From contig OZ219754.1 in the NCBI GenBank assembly GCA_964291295.2, forward strand, positions 800,001 to 864,000: 64,000 nucleotides of DNA. The letters are read 5' to 3'. Source of the stretch: an uncultured Candidatus Binatia bacterium (GTDB lineage Bacteria; Desulfobacterota; Binatia; UBA9968; JAJDTQ01). Positions 27,031-36,994 of the stretch are shown piece after piece; the first letter of the stretch is position 1; every line of letters starts with the position of its first letter. The notes beneath the pieces were generated by a model. That model searched no databases and was not told where the DNA came from. It saw nothing but the letters and a program-made list of their open reading frames with translations. Both the position numbers and the translations under genes were made by a program.

Positions 27031-27217
27031 GAAAGGGGCGTTGCGCTGCTCGAATTCGGCGCGGTAGCGGCGGATAATCTCGTGGGAGCCGGTCCCTTGG
27101 GGGTTGACCAGGAACAGGACCATAGCCGGGAAATCACTGGCGGCGGGCGCAGAGCGGAGGTCGTCGCGCCAACGGACCAGTCTGTCGTGGTCGTGCGCGT
27201 CGTAGCGGTAGGACATA
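27019..27217 (-). pseudogene. Hypothetical protein, probably truncated by the IS debris
   Basis: MSYRYDAHDHDRLVRWRDDL... starts 4 nt after the VOC gene stop and ends abruptly at the IS66 fragment. Confidence 0.45.
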
Positions 27218-27221
27218 TCGG

Positions 27222-27689
27222 CTATCCTCCCTGGGCGGCTTGGCGGAGCTGCCGGATGTCGAGTTTTTTCATTTGGAGGACAGCATCCATAACGCGGTTG
27301 GCGTTGGGGCCTGACATGAGCAAGGCGGGCAAGTCGGAGGGGATTATCTGCCAGGATACGCCGAAGCGGTCTTGCAGCCAGCCGCACTGAACTTCTGCGC
27401 CCCCGTCGGTGAGTTTTTCCCAAAGGTGGTCAATTTCGGCTTGGGTGTCGCAGGAGACCATGAAGGATATGGCGGGGGTGAACTCGAAGGCGGGACGGCC
27501 GTCGAAGGCTACGAATTGCACGCCGTCCAGTTCAAAAGCTACGGTGGAGCTGCCGGCGGCGGGGCCATCTCCGAAGGTATCGCTGGATACTATGCGGGAG
27601 TTTGAGAAGATTGAGACGTAAAAATCGGCAGCTTCGCGGGCGGTTCCGTCCAGCCAGAGGAACGGGGTGATTTTCTGAAACTCGGACAT
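27222..27689 (-). CDS. VOC/PhnB-like (3-demethylubiquinone-9 3-methyltransferase-like) protein
   Basis: QKITPFLW, FTPAISF, QCGWLQDRFGVSWQI, MKKLDI. Confidence 0.92.
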   Translation of the reverse strand: MSEFQKITPFLWLDGTAREAADFYVSIFSNSRIVSSDTFGDGPAAGSSTVAFELDGVQFVAFDGRPAFEFTPAISFMVSCDTQAEIDHLWEKLTDGGAEVQCGWLQDRFGVSWQIIPSDLPALLMSGPNANRVMDAVLQMKKLDIRQLRQAAQGG

Positions 27690-28028
27690 GGGGTGCGCTC
27701 CGTTGATTGCCGGCTAATCGCCGGCGTCGAACTGGACCAGGATCACCTGAAGGAGGATCGACCGGCGCGGCCGCGGGCCGCGTCAGTTTCGAGGTAGCGG
27801 CGCCCCGTACCGGGCGGTCTCCCAGACCGCGCGACCGCCTCGATGTTGTCGCTCCAGCTACCCATGCCCGCAAGTTGACGCCGCCCCGGCGAACCCTGCA
27901 AGCCGCCCGTCAACTCCCGCCCGGCCGCCCCAGCCGGAACCACCACTCCCACCGTTGCCCGCCGCACCGCCGGGGGTCGCGCGCCGGTGATTCGCCCTGC
28001 AGCTGTCATACATATAGAGCAGGCCACG

Positions 28029-30838
28029 TCATACTCGAAACACCTTCATGGCCTCGTCGCCGAGGTGATTGATGACCTTGACGGCGATGCGGCCGGAGGC
28101 TGGGCGCGGGAACGGGCGTGAGACGTCGCTGTTGAGCGTGGCCCAGGCGTCGGCGTCGATCTCTGCCTTCAGTGTCGTCTTCAGCGCCTTGTAGGGGTTG
28201 TTCGCTCCCAGGAAGTAGGCGTGGCGGACGAAAAAACTCTCCTCGTTGTAGTTGGTGTCCACGAACCAGCAGGCGATGCCGTCGGCGCCATCGCTCCGGA
28301 TCTCTCCGGTGTTGGGGTGGAAGACATCCACTCCCTTGATCCGCACCCGGATGTTGTCGGCGTCGTCTTCCAGGATATCGATATCGGGCTCGCCGAAGAT
28401 GACGAACAGGTTGCCGTTGCCGGTTTTCCTGAGGTCGTCGGCCATGTGCAGGTCGGCGTTCATGCGCGCCTTCAGCACCGGGATGGGTCCCAGTTTATCG
28501 AACTCGGCGGCGTGGGCTTCGTAGCTGAAGGCGCAGGCGATCAATACGTCGAAGCCGGCGTCGGCGGCTTCACGTGCGGCGGCCACCAGGTCGGGCCGCG
28601 TCACGGTGCCGAACTCCGGGCCGATGAAGACACCGGCCCGGCGCGTGGCGGCGTTCTCGCCGCCACCCTCCACATAATGTCCCTTGGCGCAGACGTAGTG
28701 GCCGGGCCAGGGCGTCAGCGACGAGAAGGCGATGCGGTCCTCCTTGTGCGCCTGCTGCAGGCCGGCGGTCTTGAGATTCTCCAGGATCATTTCGACAAAT
28801 TTCGGCGCCTCGTCGTAGCCGGGCTCCTGGTCAGCGACTCCGGTGACGAGTTCGTCATACTCGTCCAGCACCAGCGTCCGGTGCGGCGCCAGGCTTTCGA
28901 CCGTGAAAGGACCGGCGACGCGGATGCGCGCGTTGTCAACATGGGGCTTGTCGTAAAGGTATTCGTATTCCGCCTTGGCGGCGATGGAGGCGTCGATTTC
29001 CTTCTGCCGGGCGATGCGCGCCTGCCAGAAGGCGGCGTGCGCGTCCACGGCATCGCCCGGCCAGTCCTCCCCGGTTTCGCGCGCGTTGGGGGGGGGGGGG
29101 GGGGGGGGGGTACTTCCCACTCCTCCCACGTCTTTTCGAGAATGCCGTTGAGCCGGGCGCGGAGAGGCTCCAGAATCTTCTGCCATTTCTCCCAGATCAC
29201 GTCGATCTCGGCGTTGTCGGCAATGGACTTGAGGGTGATGTGAGGCACACGCTCGTAGACGAAACCCTGGCGGATATCGCCTCCCGTTGGCGCTGTCGAC
29301 GGCGCCCGTCCTGCGATCTTCGCCTCTTCTTGTTGCCCCTCGGGGCTGTCGGCAAGCAGATACCAAGGATAGCGCGCGCCCATGATGCGGGCACGGGCCA
29401 AGGCCAGAGCAACACGGGAGGTATCGATGGTGATCCAGCGCCGGCCCCACTGCTCGGCGACGTAAGCGGTGGTGCCGGAGCCGCAGGTGGGGTCCAGCAC
29501 CAAGTCGCCGGGGTCGGTGGTCATGAGGATGCAGCGTGATACCGGATTTGTCGATGTCTGTACAATGTAGGACTTTTCAATCTCCGGTCCGGTGTCGCCC
29601 CAGGAATTGGAAATCTCAAAAGCCGGATAGTCATCGTGGTAATACTTTGCACGAAGGGCCGTTCTGTCAGGATGGATCCTGGATGCCTTGCAGAGCCTTT
29701 CAAATCCGACTGGCGAATACCGCCAACTTCTCATTGGCGGTATTCGCCAGTCGGATTTGAAAACCCTTCTCGGCTCATGATCCCCGGAAGCCATCGAATG
29801 CACTGGAAGTTTCTGATAAGGCCGGGACATTTCCGGGCATTTGGACGGATCCCTGCGTTCTTCTTTGGTCATGGGGCGTCTGGTCACGCCATCTTCCATC
29901 TCCAATTGATTGTACATGGTCGTGTCCAATACCTTGTCTTCCAGCAATCTCCGGAACTTGATTGCATCCGAACTCCTGCAGTACCAGACAATGAAGTCCG
30001 ATATGCGCTTGACAGAGTTCTGCTGTGTGGTACCGCTGCTCGTTCGATAAGTGATGAGGCTTACAAAATTCTCCGCCCCGAACACTTCATCCATCAACAA
30101 CCGCACCCGGTGGACGTTTTCATCGCCGATCTGAACAAATACTGATCCGCTTTCCGACAGCAATTCCCGTGCCGCCGTGAGCCGATCGCGCAGATAGCCA
30201 AGGTACGAGTGGACGCCGTCGCGCCAAGTGTCGCGAAAGGCCTTCACCTGCTCGGGTTCGCGGGTGATGTGGGCGGCATTGCCGTCCTTCACGTCGCGGC
30301 TGGTGGTGGACCACTGGAAGTTGGAGTTGAACTTGATGCCGTAGGGCGGGTCGATATAGATGCATTGCACCTTGCCGCGCAGGCCTTCGCGTTCCGCCAG
30401 CGACGCCATCACCCGCAGGCTGTCGCCCAGGATCATGCGGTTCGACCAGTTGGCGTCGTGCTGGTAGAATTCGGTGCGCGCATCTTCGTTCGGCAGGCCG
30501 TTGAAAGCGGCAAAGAGATCGGGCTGGATTGGCGGTTCCTCCCCCCGCCGTTGCTTCGTCTGCCGCAGCAGGTCGTCGATCACGACCTTGGGGTGCACCT
30601 TCTCCTGGATGTAGAGCGGCGGCGCCTGCACCACGAGGTCGGCCGCATCCTGCGCTTCCTTGCCGCGCCAGACGAGTTGCGGATCGAGGTCGCGGTTGCG
30701 GCGCTCATAGGCTACTCGGACCGGCACCTTTTCATCTTCGGACAGGATCGTATGGTACTCCGCGGTCGGGATGTTGCGCCGCGCAGCATCGCCGTGGATC
30801 AGCGTTTCGACCGCCTTGGACTTCTTGCCGCTCGCCAT
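28029..30838 (-). CDS. Type III-like R-M Mod (N6A DNA methyltransferase), frameshifted at a poly-C tract
   Basis: IDPPYG and DPTCGSGTT motifs in the 5' frame; conserved C-terminus RIAVKVINHLGDE in another frame. The frame switch lies in the C23 tract. Span 2810 nt (3n+2). Confidence 0.88.
29088..29110. repeat. G23 homopolymer (C23 on the mod coding strand)
   Basis: 23 consecutive G counted directly. Confidence 0.95.
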
Positions 30839-30853
30839 GCCGCTCCCTCGCCC

Positions 30854-33800
30854 TCAGACCGCCTGTGGTGACACGAAGGCATTGATGAGTCTGTCGAACT
30901 CCGACTCGATTTCGTGCACGTCCGTGAATTCCGCAAAAGCCCAGCGGCCGTAGTCACCGCGATTGTTCACGCCCGGCACCCAGTAAGTGTCCATGGTCTT
31001 TTTCTTGTCCTTCGCATCCTCTCCACGGTAGCCCTTGATCTCGACGATCAGGTGAAGCGGATGGTCCTTGCCCTTCCCGTCGTCCACCAGAACGATGAAG
31101 TCGGGGATGTAAGTCCGGGCCTCGCCGCCATGGCGGTAGGGAACTTCAAGGCCGAGTCGGTGGTTCTTGACATAGGCGCGCACGCTGGGATGCGTCTCCG
31201 CAACGCGACAGAATTCGGTTTCCCAGGTGCTGTCGCATACAATCCAGTTGAGATGACAGCGATTGAATGCAGCCTGCCAGAGTTCCTTCTTCGAGGTCAT
31301 GAAGTTGACATGGAACGTGGAGCCGTCCGGGTTGTAAGGATCGAGCACGGCCTTGACCCGGTGCTCACCCACATGACGGGCGACAATGCCCTGCGTGATG
31401 CGCTCGCAAGCCATGTCCGCGAGCTTCTGATACATGAGCTGTGCCGGGTAAGTATCGCCTTTGCAGACGAGATGATTGTCGAGCCAGTACCGTGCGACCC
31501 GCTTGAGTTGACCGAACAAGTGAAGCTTCGGACTTTCGTTTGGATCGCGCCACTTCGTCTCCAGCAGCCGCCGGGTCAGGTGGAACAGCAAGGTCGAGCG
31601 GCGCAGACCGCCGGTGTGACCCAGGTCGAGGTCCACTCCCTTGCCGATGATACCCTCATTGCGGGTAATCGAGGGGCCGACAAGGTCGGGGGTCAACTCA
31701 AGCGTCGAATCATCATCGAACCTTGCCCGCAGACGCTCCTCCGGAAGGTCGACGCGGTAGCCGGCGACGCGCGGGAAGCGGATTTCACAGGCATCCCGTT
31801 CCGGCGTAACGGCCTTGACCTGAACGGTCTTGCGGGGCGGCTGCGCCGGTGCAACCACGGGCCGCGCCGTGAAGTCGAAGGGAATGCCGAGTACATCGGC
31901 ATACTCGACAGGAAGCACGCCCGCGTCGTTCAATTCGTAAGATTGCCGGCGCAGCGCCCGGCCTACCGCCTGTTCGCACAGAAGCTGGGTGCCGAAGGCG
32001 CGCACGCCGAGCACATGAGTGACGGTGTTGGCGTCCCAGCCTTCCGTCAGCATTGAGACCGAAACAACGCAGCGCACCGTTTCACCCAGTTGGCCGCGCT
32101 TACCGACGGTATTCATGACCTCGCGCAGCAGCTCCTCATCAGAGATCTTGTCACCGGCTTGACTGTCACCCGTGCGCTGAATGCGTTCGCGTCGGAAACG
32201 GTTGATCTCGCCTTTGGCGAGGGCGCGGAAGTTCCTGTCGAGTGCCTGCCCGGATTCGAGTTGCTCGCTGTCGATGAGGAGCGTGCGCGGGCGTCCCAGC
32301 GGTGTGCCGTGGTCGTCGAAGTTTCGGAACAGCTCGAAGCGGCCGTTCTCCAGGGGTTGCGGGGAACCATCCGGGCTCTCTGGGTAGACTCCGGCGATGT
32401 ATTCGTGGACCAGCTTCGAGGTCGAGGTATTGTTGCAGATCACGATGAAGCAGGGCGGAAACTCGATACCCGCCTCTTGCCAGAGAGCGAAGGTCTTTTC
32501 GTAGTGGCCATAGAGAGCTTCCAGCGCCGTCTGCAGCATCGGAGGAATTTGCAGCGGATCGAGGCTGGAGGCCTTGCCGCGGCCCTTCTTCGGCATGTCC
32601 TTGCGGATATGCTCCCACAGGTTGCGGAACTTCGGCATGTCGCCGCCAGCGATGTTGTCGGCCACGGGCACGCGCGGCAGCTTCACGATACCGCATTCGA
32701 TCGCGTCCATGAGCGAGAAGTCGTTCATGGTCCAGGGGAACAGCGTTCCTTCCGCGTAGCCCGAGCCGCGCAGGAAGAACGGCGTCGCCGAGAGGTCGAT
32801 GACGCGGGCGAGATCGACCCTGCGGCCCACCGCCTCCAGTCCGGAAATCCAGAGCTTCGCCGCCTCCCGGTTCTTCTCCGCTTCCGCGCGATCTTCGCCC
32901 TTCAGATCGCCTTCTTCATTGTCGTATTCCGGTTTCTGCCGGTAGCAGTGGTGGGCCTCGTCGTTCAGCGCCAGCACGTTCTTCATGCCCATGAGCTCGG
33001 GCATCACCCGCTGGAGCATCTGGCCCTCGCTCTCGCGTGAGCGCAGTTCGGGACCACGGCCCCGGAGCAGAGCGCGGCCGCCCTTCGAGACCTCCATCGT
33101 ATCGCGGCACCTGAAGGAGTGGAAGTTGGTGATGACGATCTTCGCGCGGTTGAGATCGCCCAGCATGTCGCCAGGAACGAGTTCGCGGCTCCGGTAGTAG
33201 CTGTCCGTCAGGTCGTTGGGCTGGAGCACGCGGAGCCGGTCCTTGATGGTGATGCCGGGGGTGACCACCAGAAAGCCCCGCGTAAAGCGCCTGCGGTTCG
33301 GATGGCGGACCGCATTGATGGTCTGCCAGGCGATGAGCATGGCCATGACGGTGGTCTTGCCGGCACCGGTGGCCAGTTTCAGGGCCAGCCGCGCCAGACC
33401 GGGGTTGGCCTGTTCGTTCGCCGCCTCCAGGTGTTCGAGAAACGCTCGTCCGGCTTTACCTTTGGAAGGCGCGACCTCGGTCAGCCAGATCACCGTCTCC
33501 ACGGCCTCGACCTGGCAGAAAAAGGGGCGGTAGTCGCTGAACTCATGGCCCCGCCAGTGCTGAAGCAGCCGAGCCGTTTCGGGCGTCACTTCGGGGTACC
33601 GAAGCGCCCTCCAGCGATCCACGGCGTTGCGGACGCTGTTGATGGTCTGCGCCAGTTCGTATTGCTGGCCGTCGGTCGCGACCCGGCGCGCGCCCTCATC
33701 AAAGACTATCTTCTGCTGAGTGTTTCGCTGCGCGCCGGCATGTCTCTTCGGATTGGGGATCGGCGTGATGAACGAGACTGGACGCCTCCGGTCCACGATC

Positions 33801-33904
33801 CGATTGGTGGGCTGACCGCGCTCGCCAAGCTCCCAGTGGCGCGCCGGATACTCGTAGGGTGAATTGAGGACAGGGTGATCGAAGAACGAGTTGCTCGAAT
33901 CCAT
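30854..33904 (-). CDS. Type III-like restriction subunit (Res; SF2 helicase plus C-terminal nuclease, BPTD_3080-like)
   Basis: PVLNSPY, LATGAGKT, DEAHH, LSATP, MLTEGWD, QAVGRALRR; C-terminal YIPDF...IVEIKG (PD-(D/E)xK). Confidence 0.92.
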   Translation of the reverse strand: MDSSNSFFDHPVLNSPYEYPARHWELGERGQPTNRIVDRRRPVSFITPIPNPKRHAGAQRNTQQKIVFDEGARRVATDGQQYELAQTINSVRNAVDRWRALRYPEVTPETARLLQHWRGHEFSDYRPFFCQVEAVETVIWLTEVAPSKGKAGRAFLEHLEAANEQANPGLARLALKLATGAGKTTVMAMLIAWQTINAVRHPNRRRFTRGFLVVTPGITIKDRLRVLQPNDLTDSYYRSRELVPGDMLGDLNRAKIVITNFHSFRCRDTMEVSKGGRALLRGRGPELRSRESEGQMLQRVMPELMGMKNVLALNDEAHHCYRQKPEYDNEEGDLKGEDRAEAEKNREAAKLWISGLEAVGRRVDLARVIDLSATPFFLRGSGYAEGTLFPWTMNDFSLMDAIECGIVKLPRVPVADNIAGGDMPKFRNLWEHIRKDMPKKGRGKASSLDPLQIPPMLQTALEALYGHYEKTFALWQEAGIEFPPCFIVICNNTSTSKLVHEYIAGVYPESPDGSPQPLENGRFELFRNFDDHGTPLGRPRTLLIDSEQLESGQALDRNFRALAKGEINRFRRERIQRTGDSQAGDKISDEELLREVMNTVGKRGQLGETVRCVVSVSMLTEGWDANTVTHVLGVRAFGTQLLCEQAVGRALRRQSYELNDAGVLPVEYADVLGIPFDFTARPVVAPAQPPRKTVQVKAVTPERDACEIRFPRVAGYRVDLPEERLRARFDDDSTLELTPDLVGPSITRNEGIIGKGVDLDLGHTGGLRRSTLLFHLTRRLLETKWRDPNESPKLHLFGQLKRVARYWLDNHLVCKGDTYPAQLMYQKLADMACERITQGIVARHVGEHRVKAVLDPYNPDGSTFHVNFMTSKKELWQAAFNRCHLNWIVCDSTWETEFCRVAETHPSVRAYVKNHRLGLEVPYRHGGEARTYIPDFIVLVDDGKGKDHPLHLIVEIKGYRGEDAKDKKKTMDTYWVPGVNNRGDYGRWAFAEFTDVHEIESEFDRLINAFVSPQAV

Positions 33905-33929
33905 GTCAACCTACCGTCCCGACCCCGCA

Positions 33930-34454
33930 TCATTGCGGGCGTGGCTCCCGAAGCCACGCAATTGCAGCAAATCGAGAGACCGCCGCAATTCGCAGTGGGG
34001 GGTGTATCAGCCACTTCTTCAGGTTTTGCATGTCAGGTTCCGCAGGCGAACCAATCTCATCTTGCAAAGCCTGGCGTTGTCGCATCGTCCATCGCGTCAT
34101 CGCAAATTTCGACTCGAGACCGTCAGCGAGTTCGTCAGGGACAATACGTCCCTGTTGCATCGCCGCAACAAGAAGTTTCTTTACAAACGCTCTCGGAAGA
34201 CGGCGGCACCACTCGTCCTGAACAGCCGCAGCTACGCGCCGAGTTACCTTGCCAAGCCGGACATAATCGAGCTTGCAAATGTCGATGTGCCGATCGGCAC
34301 AATCTGTAACGGGAGTTCGTCCGGCAATGTCCCTCAGCCTCTGGCCGTCAGCCCGTAGCTCGCTGTCTGCCAGCATTTCGCCATCCGCCAAGCCCCGGGT
34401 GCCATTGCGCGTTGCCTCCCATTTTGCGCGGGCAGTCTTCCGAACCAAGAACAT
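33930..34454 (-). CDS. Hypothetical protein (MFLVRK...KW family), possibly internally deleted toxin-like gene
   Basis: ATG with coherent translation between the upstream ORF and res. Function is inference. Confidence 0.5.
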   Translation of the reverse strand: MFLVRKTARAKWEATRNGTRGLADGEMLADSELRADGQRLRDIAGRTPVTDCADRHIDICKLDYVRLGKVTRRVAAAVQDEWCRRLPRAFVKKLLVAAMQQGRIVPDELADGLESKFAMTRWTMRQRQALQDEIGSPAEPDMQNLKKWLIHPPLRIAAVSRFAAIAWLREPRPQ

Positions 34455-34463
34455 TAACGCTCT

Positions 34464-34871
34464 TTACACTTCGATTTCCTTGAGGACGTCCTCCACGCAT
34501 GCATGAAGCCACCGTACTGTCTCGTGATGGCTCTGGAGTGCGTTTCGCATCTCCACTCCGCCCCATGACTCCGCTGCCTGCACCGCAGCATCCCGCATCT
34601 CCACATCGTCCGTGGCGAGCACTGCTCGCACCACCTCGGCACGCCATGCAGGCGTCCCCGGCTGTTGTCGGCCCAGACAGCGCAAAACCGATGACGCCAG
34701 ATCGGGGCTTCCCGTGTCCACCGATAGTGTCCTCAACCATTCCAAATGGAGTTGTACATCCACCGACTGCAAGGCGTCGTCGATGATCCGTTCCGCAGGG
34801 TGATTGATCCCGTCCTCAACAGGTCTGTCCTCGAACGCCATCCGCAATCGGGCTTCCAGTTGCCATCCCAT
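34464..34871 (-). CDS. Hypothetical alpha-helical (HEAT-like) protein, probably 5'-truncated
   Basis: FEDRPVEDGINHPAERII...DDVEMRDAAVQAAESWG; 9 nt upstream of the next gene. Confidence 0.55.
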   Translation of the reverse strand: MGWQLEARLRMAFEDRPVEDGINHPAERIIDDALQSVDVQLHLEWLRTLSVDTGSPDLASSVLRCLGRQQPGTPAWRAEVVRAVLATDDVEMRDAAVQAAESWGGVEMRNALQSHHETVRWLHACVEDVLKEIEV

Positions 34872-34935
34872 GTACGAACCTGAACTCGCAGAGCGCTTCC
34901 TCTACAGGTGGATTCTTGTAGCGCCGATGATTCAT
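34872..34935 (-). pseudogene. TIGR04255-family N-terminal stub
   Basis: MNHRRYKNPPVEEALCEFRF matches the characteristic N-terminal Y.NPP..EA..E.RF motif, then breaks off. Confidence 0.6.
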
Positions 34936-35049
34936 TGATTCAGTCCTTGAAGTTACGATCGCCGCCTTCCCGCTTCGAACCTTTGCAATGGCCACGCTGC
35001 TCAAGAATCACATCAAGAGTGGCCGCAGCCCCGCTCACTACACATAAAC

Positions 35050-35736
35050 TCACTGCACATAAATCTTCTTCGCGGCTTCCAGGCCGAGGACGACCTCGTG
35101 GTTGCCCACCGAGAGGTTCATGGTGCCGAGGGATGGGGCCACGTCGAGGATGCGTATCTTGGTGCCGGGATGGACGTTGTGATCGTAGAGGAACGAGAGC
35201 AGCCTGGCGTCGCGCTCTCCGGTCTCGGTGATGCAGCGGAAGATCACCCTGCTGCCGGCTTCCGCCATGTTGAGGGGGTTCCACTTCCGGCGCGGCGATG
35301 GTTTTCCCTTGACCGGGATGGGGTTGCCGTGGGGACAGGTGGAGGGATTGTCGAGTATGGCGCTGAGGCGCTCTTCCACCACCGCCGATATGGCGTGCTC
35401 CAGGTGGTGGGCTTCCTGGTGGGCGGTGACCCAGTCCAGGCCCAGCAGGTCGGTCAGCAGCCGCTCCGTCAGGTAGTGGCGCCGCAGGATCGCCTCGGCC
35501 ACCTCGCGGCCTTTGGAGGTCAGGTAGATGTTCTTGCGGCGCTCTACCCGGACGAACTCTTCCTTCTCAAGCCGCCGCAGGGCGCTGAACATGGTGGACG
35601 GCTTTACACCGATATCCTCCGCCACCCGCGCCGCAATGACCTGGTCGCCCTCCTCGGCCAGGCTGTAGATAGCCTTGAGGTAATCTTCCGTCACGGAAGA
35701 GACTTCTGAACGTTTCACCGCCACGCGCTCCGTCAA
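35050..35736 (-). CDS. DtxR/MntR/IdeR-family metal-dependent repressor
   Basis: EDYLKAIY, RRHYLTERLL, EAHHLEHAIS, CPHGNPIP, C-terminal FeoA-like domain. Confidence 0.93.
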   Translation of the reverse strand: MTERVAVKRSEVSSVTEDYLKAIYSLAEEGDQVIAARVAEDIGVKPSTMFSALRRLEKEEFVRVERRKNIYLTSKGREVAEAILRRHYLTERLLTDLLGLDWVTAHQEAHHLEHAISAVVEERLSAILDNPSTCPHGNPIPVKGKPSPRRKWNPLNMAEAGSRVIFRCITETGERDARLLSFLYDHNVHPGTKIRILDVAPSLGTMNLSVGNHEVVLGLEAAKKIYVQ

Positions 35737-35761
35737 GCAGACTCAAGGGGGGCCGCCGCCC

Positions 35762-36256
35762 TCAGGCGGCGCCTTCGCCACCGCCGGCACTGTAGATCTG
35801 CTGGGCCAGATAGTTCTCCTGGCCCACCTCCTGGATCAGATGCAGCTGTGCTTCGATCCAGTCCATGTGATGCTCTTCATCCGACAGTATCTTCTCCAGA
35901 AGGTCCCGGCTTACGTGGTCGCCCGCTTCGTGACAGGTCGCAATACCAGCGTGGAGCACCTTGATGGCGCCGTCTTCCAGCCCGAGGTCATTCTCCAACT
36001 GCTCCTTGACGTTCTTGCCCACCATGATCTTGTCGTAGCCGGCAACATTGGGAACGCCGTCCAGCAGCAGGATGCGGTTGATGATCTGGTCCGCGTGCCG
36101 CATCTCCTCGATGGATTCGGTCCAGATGAACTGATCCAGGGCCTGGTAGCCCCAGTTGCGGCACATGCGCGAGTGCATGAAGTACTGATTGATGCCGGTC
36201 AACTCTTTCCGGAGCACGTCATTGAGCGCCTTGAGCACTTTGGGGTCGCCTTTCAT
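35762..36256 (-). CDS. bfr: Bacterioferritin
   Basis: MKGDPKV...ELTGINQYFMH, EEMRHAD, EEHHMDW. Confidence 0.96.
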   Translation of the reverse strand: MKGDPKVLKALNDVLRKELTGINQYFMHSRMCRNWGYQALDQFIWTESIEEMRHADQIINRILLLDGVPNVAGYDKIMVGKNVKEQLENDLGLEDGAIKVLHAGIATCHEAGDHVSRDLLEKILSDEEHHMDWIEAQLHLIQEVGQENYLAQQIYSAGGGEGAA

Positions 36257-36500
36257 CCTTGTCTCCTTCCTCCGCCGGGGGATGCCCGTCACCCGAACCG
36301 CAGAGTCCCAATCCCCTGAGAACATAGTCAAAACAGGTCCCTATTGAAAGCGCCGCTTCGGCGGGAACGGCAGCCACGGTTGACACGGGTCGGCCCTCTC
36401 GAATCGGGGCGCGGTCGAAATCAGGGAGTCGACCAACTGGGGGAGTCGGCAGGCCCATCCCGGCAATGTCGTCTCAGAAAATGACTCAGCCTGAATATTC

Positions 36501-36545
36501 TATTGTTGGTTGACCTAATAAAAATAATTAGGTAATAACCCTAAA
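36501..36545. promoter_or_regulatory. AT-rich divergent promoter with DtxR-like TTAGG/CCTAA inverted repeats
   Basis: TTAGG-N7-CCTAA at 36528-36544 and ACCTAAT-N7-ATTAGGT at 36513-36533; resembles DtxR/SirR half-sites. Confidence 0.6.
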
Positions 36546-36627
36546 CCTCGGATCGCCCGGGGGCGCCGGCATGGCCGAGGAGCGAGTACGACAAGAGCGG
36601 TCACGACAAGAACGAAAGGAGGGCGCC

Positions 36628-36966
36628 ATGTCCCACAATCAACTCATCGAAGCGGCGTGGGAACTCCATCAGCGGACCCGGGACTGCCCAAGAGGCATGA
36701 TTGCAAATGCGACCCGGTGGCTGGAGAGTTGCTACGGCAAGTCGCCTGACTGGAAGACCGCTTTCGCCATCGCGGTCCACTACGTCGTCCTCGCGCTGAG
36801 CCAAATGGAAACGGACCGCGGCGACGGTGCCGCCGACTACCTCCCGCTGGCGCTGCACTGGAACGCCACCAAGGACCAGGATCGCATCAAGCTCATCGAC
36901 ATGGGGCGAGCGGCGCTCGCAGGGGTGCCGGAGAAAGAGAGCGAAACCCGCGACACTCCGGAGTGA
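36628..36966 (+). CDS. Hypothetical protein (112 aa)
   Basis: AGGAGG RBS before ATG 36628; GC-rich third codon positions. Confidence 0.65.
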   Translation: MSHNQLIEAAWELHQRTRDCPRGMIANATRWLESCYGKSPDWKTAFAIAVHYVVLALSQMETDRGDGAADYLPLALHWNATKDQDRIKLIDMGRAALAGVPEKESETRDTPE

Positions 36967-36994
36967 CCCGGCGGGCAGCGAGGAAAGAAGGACA

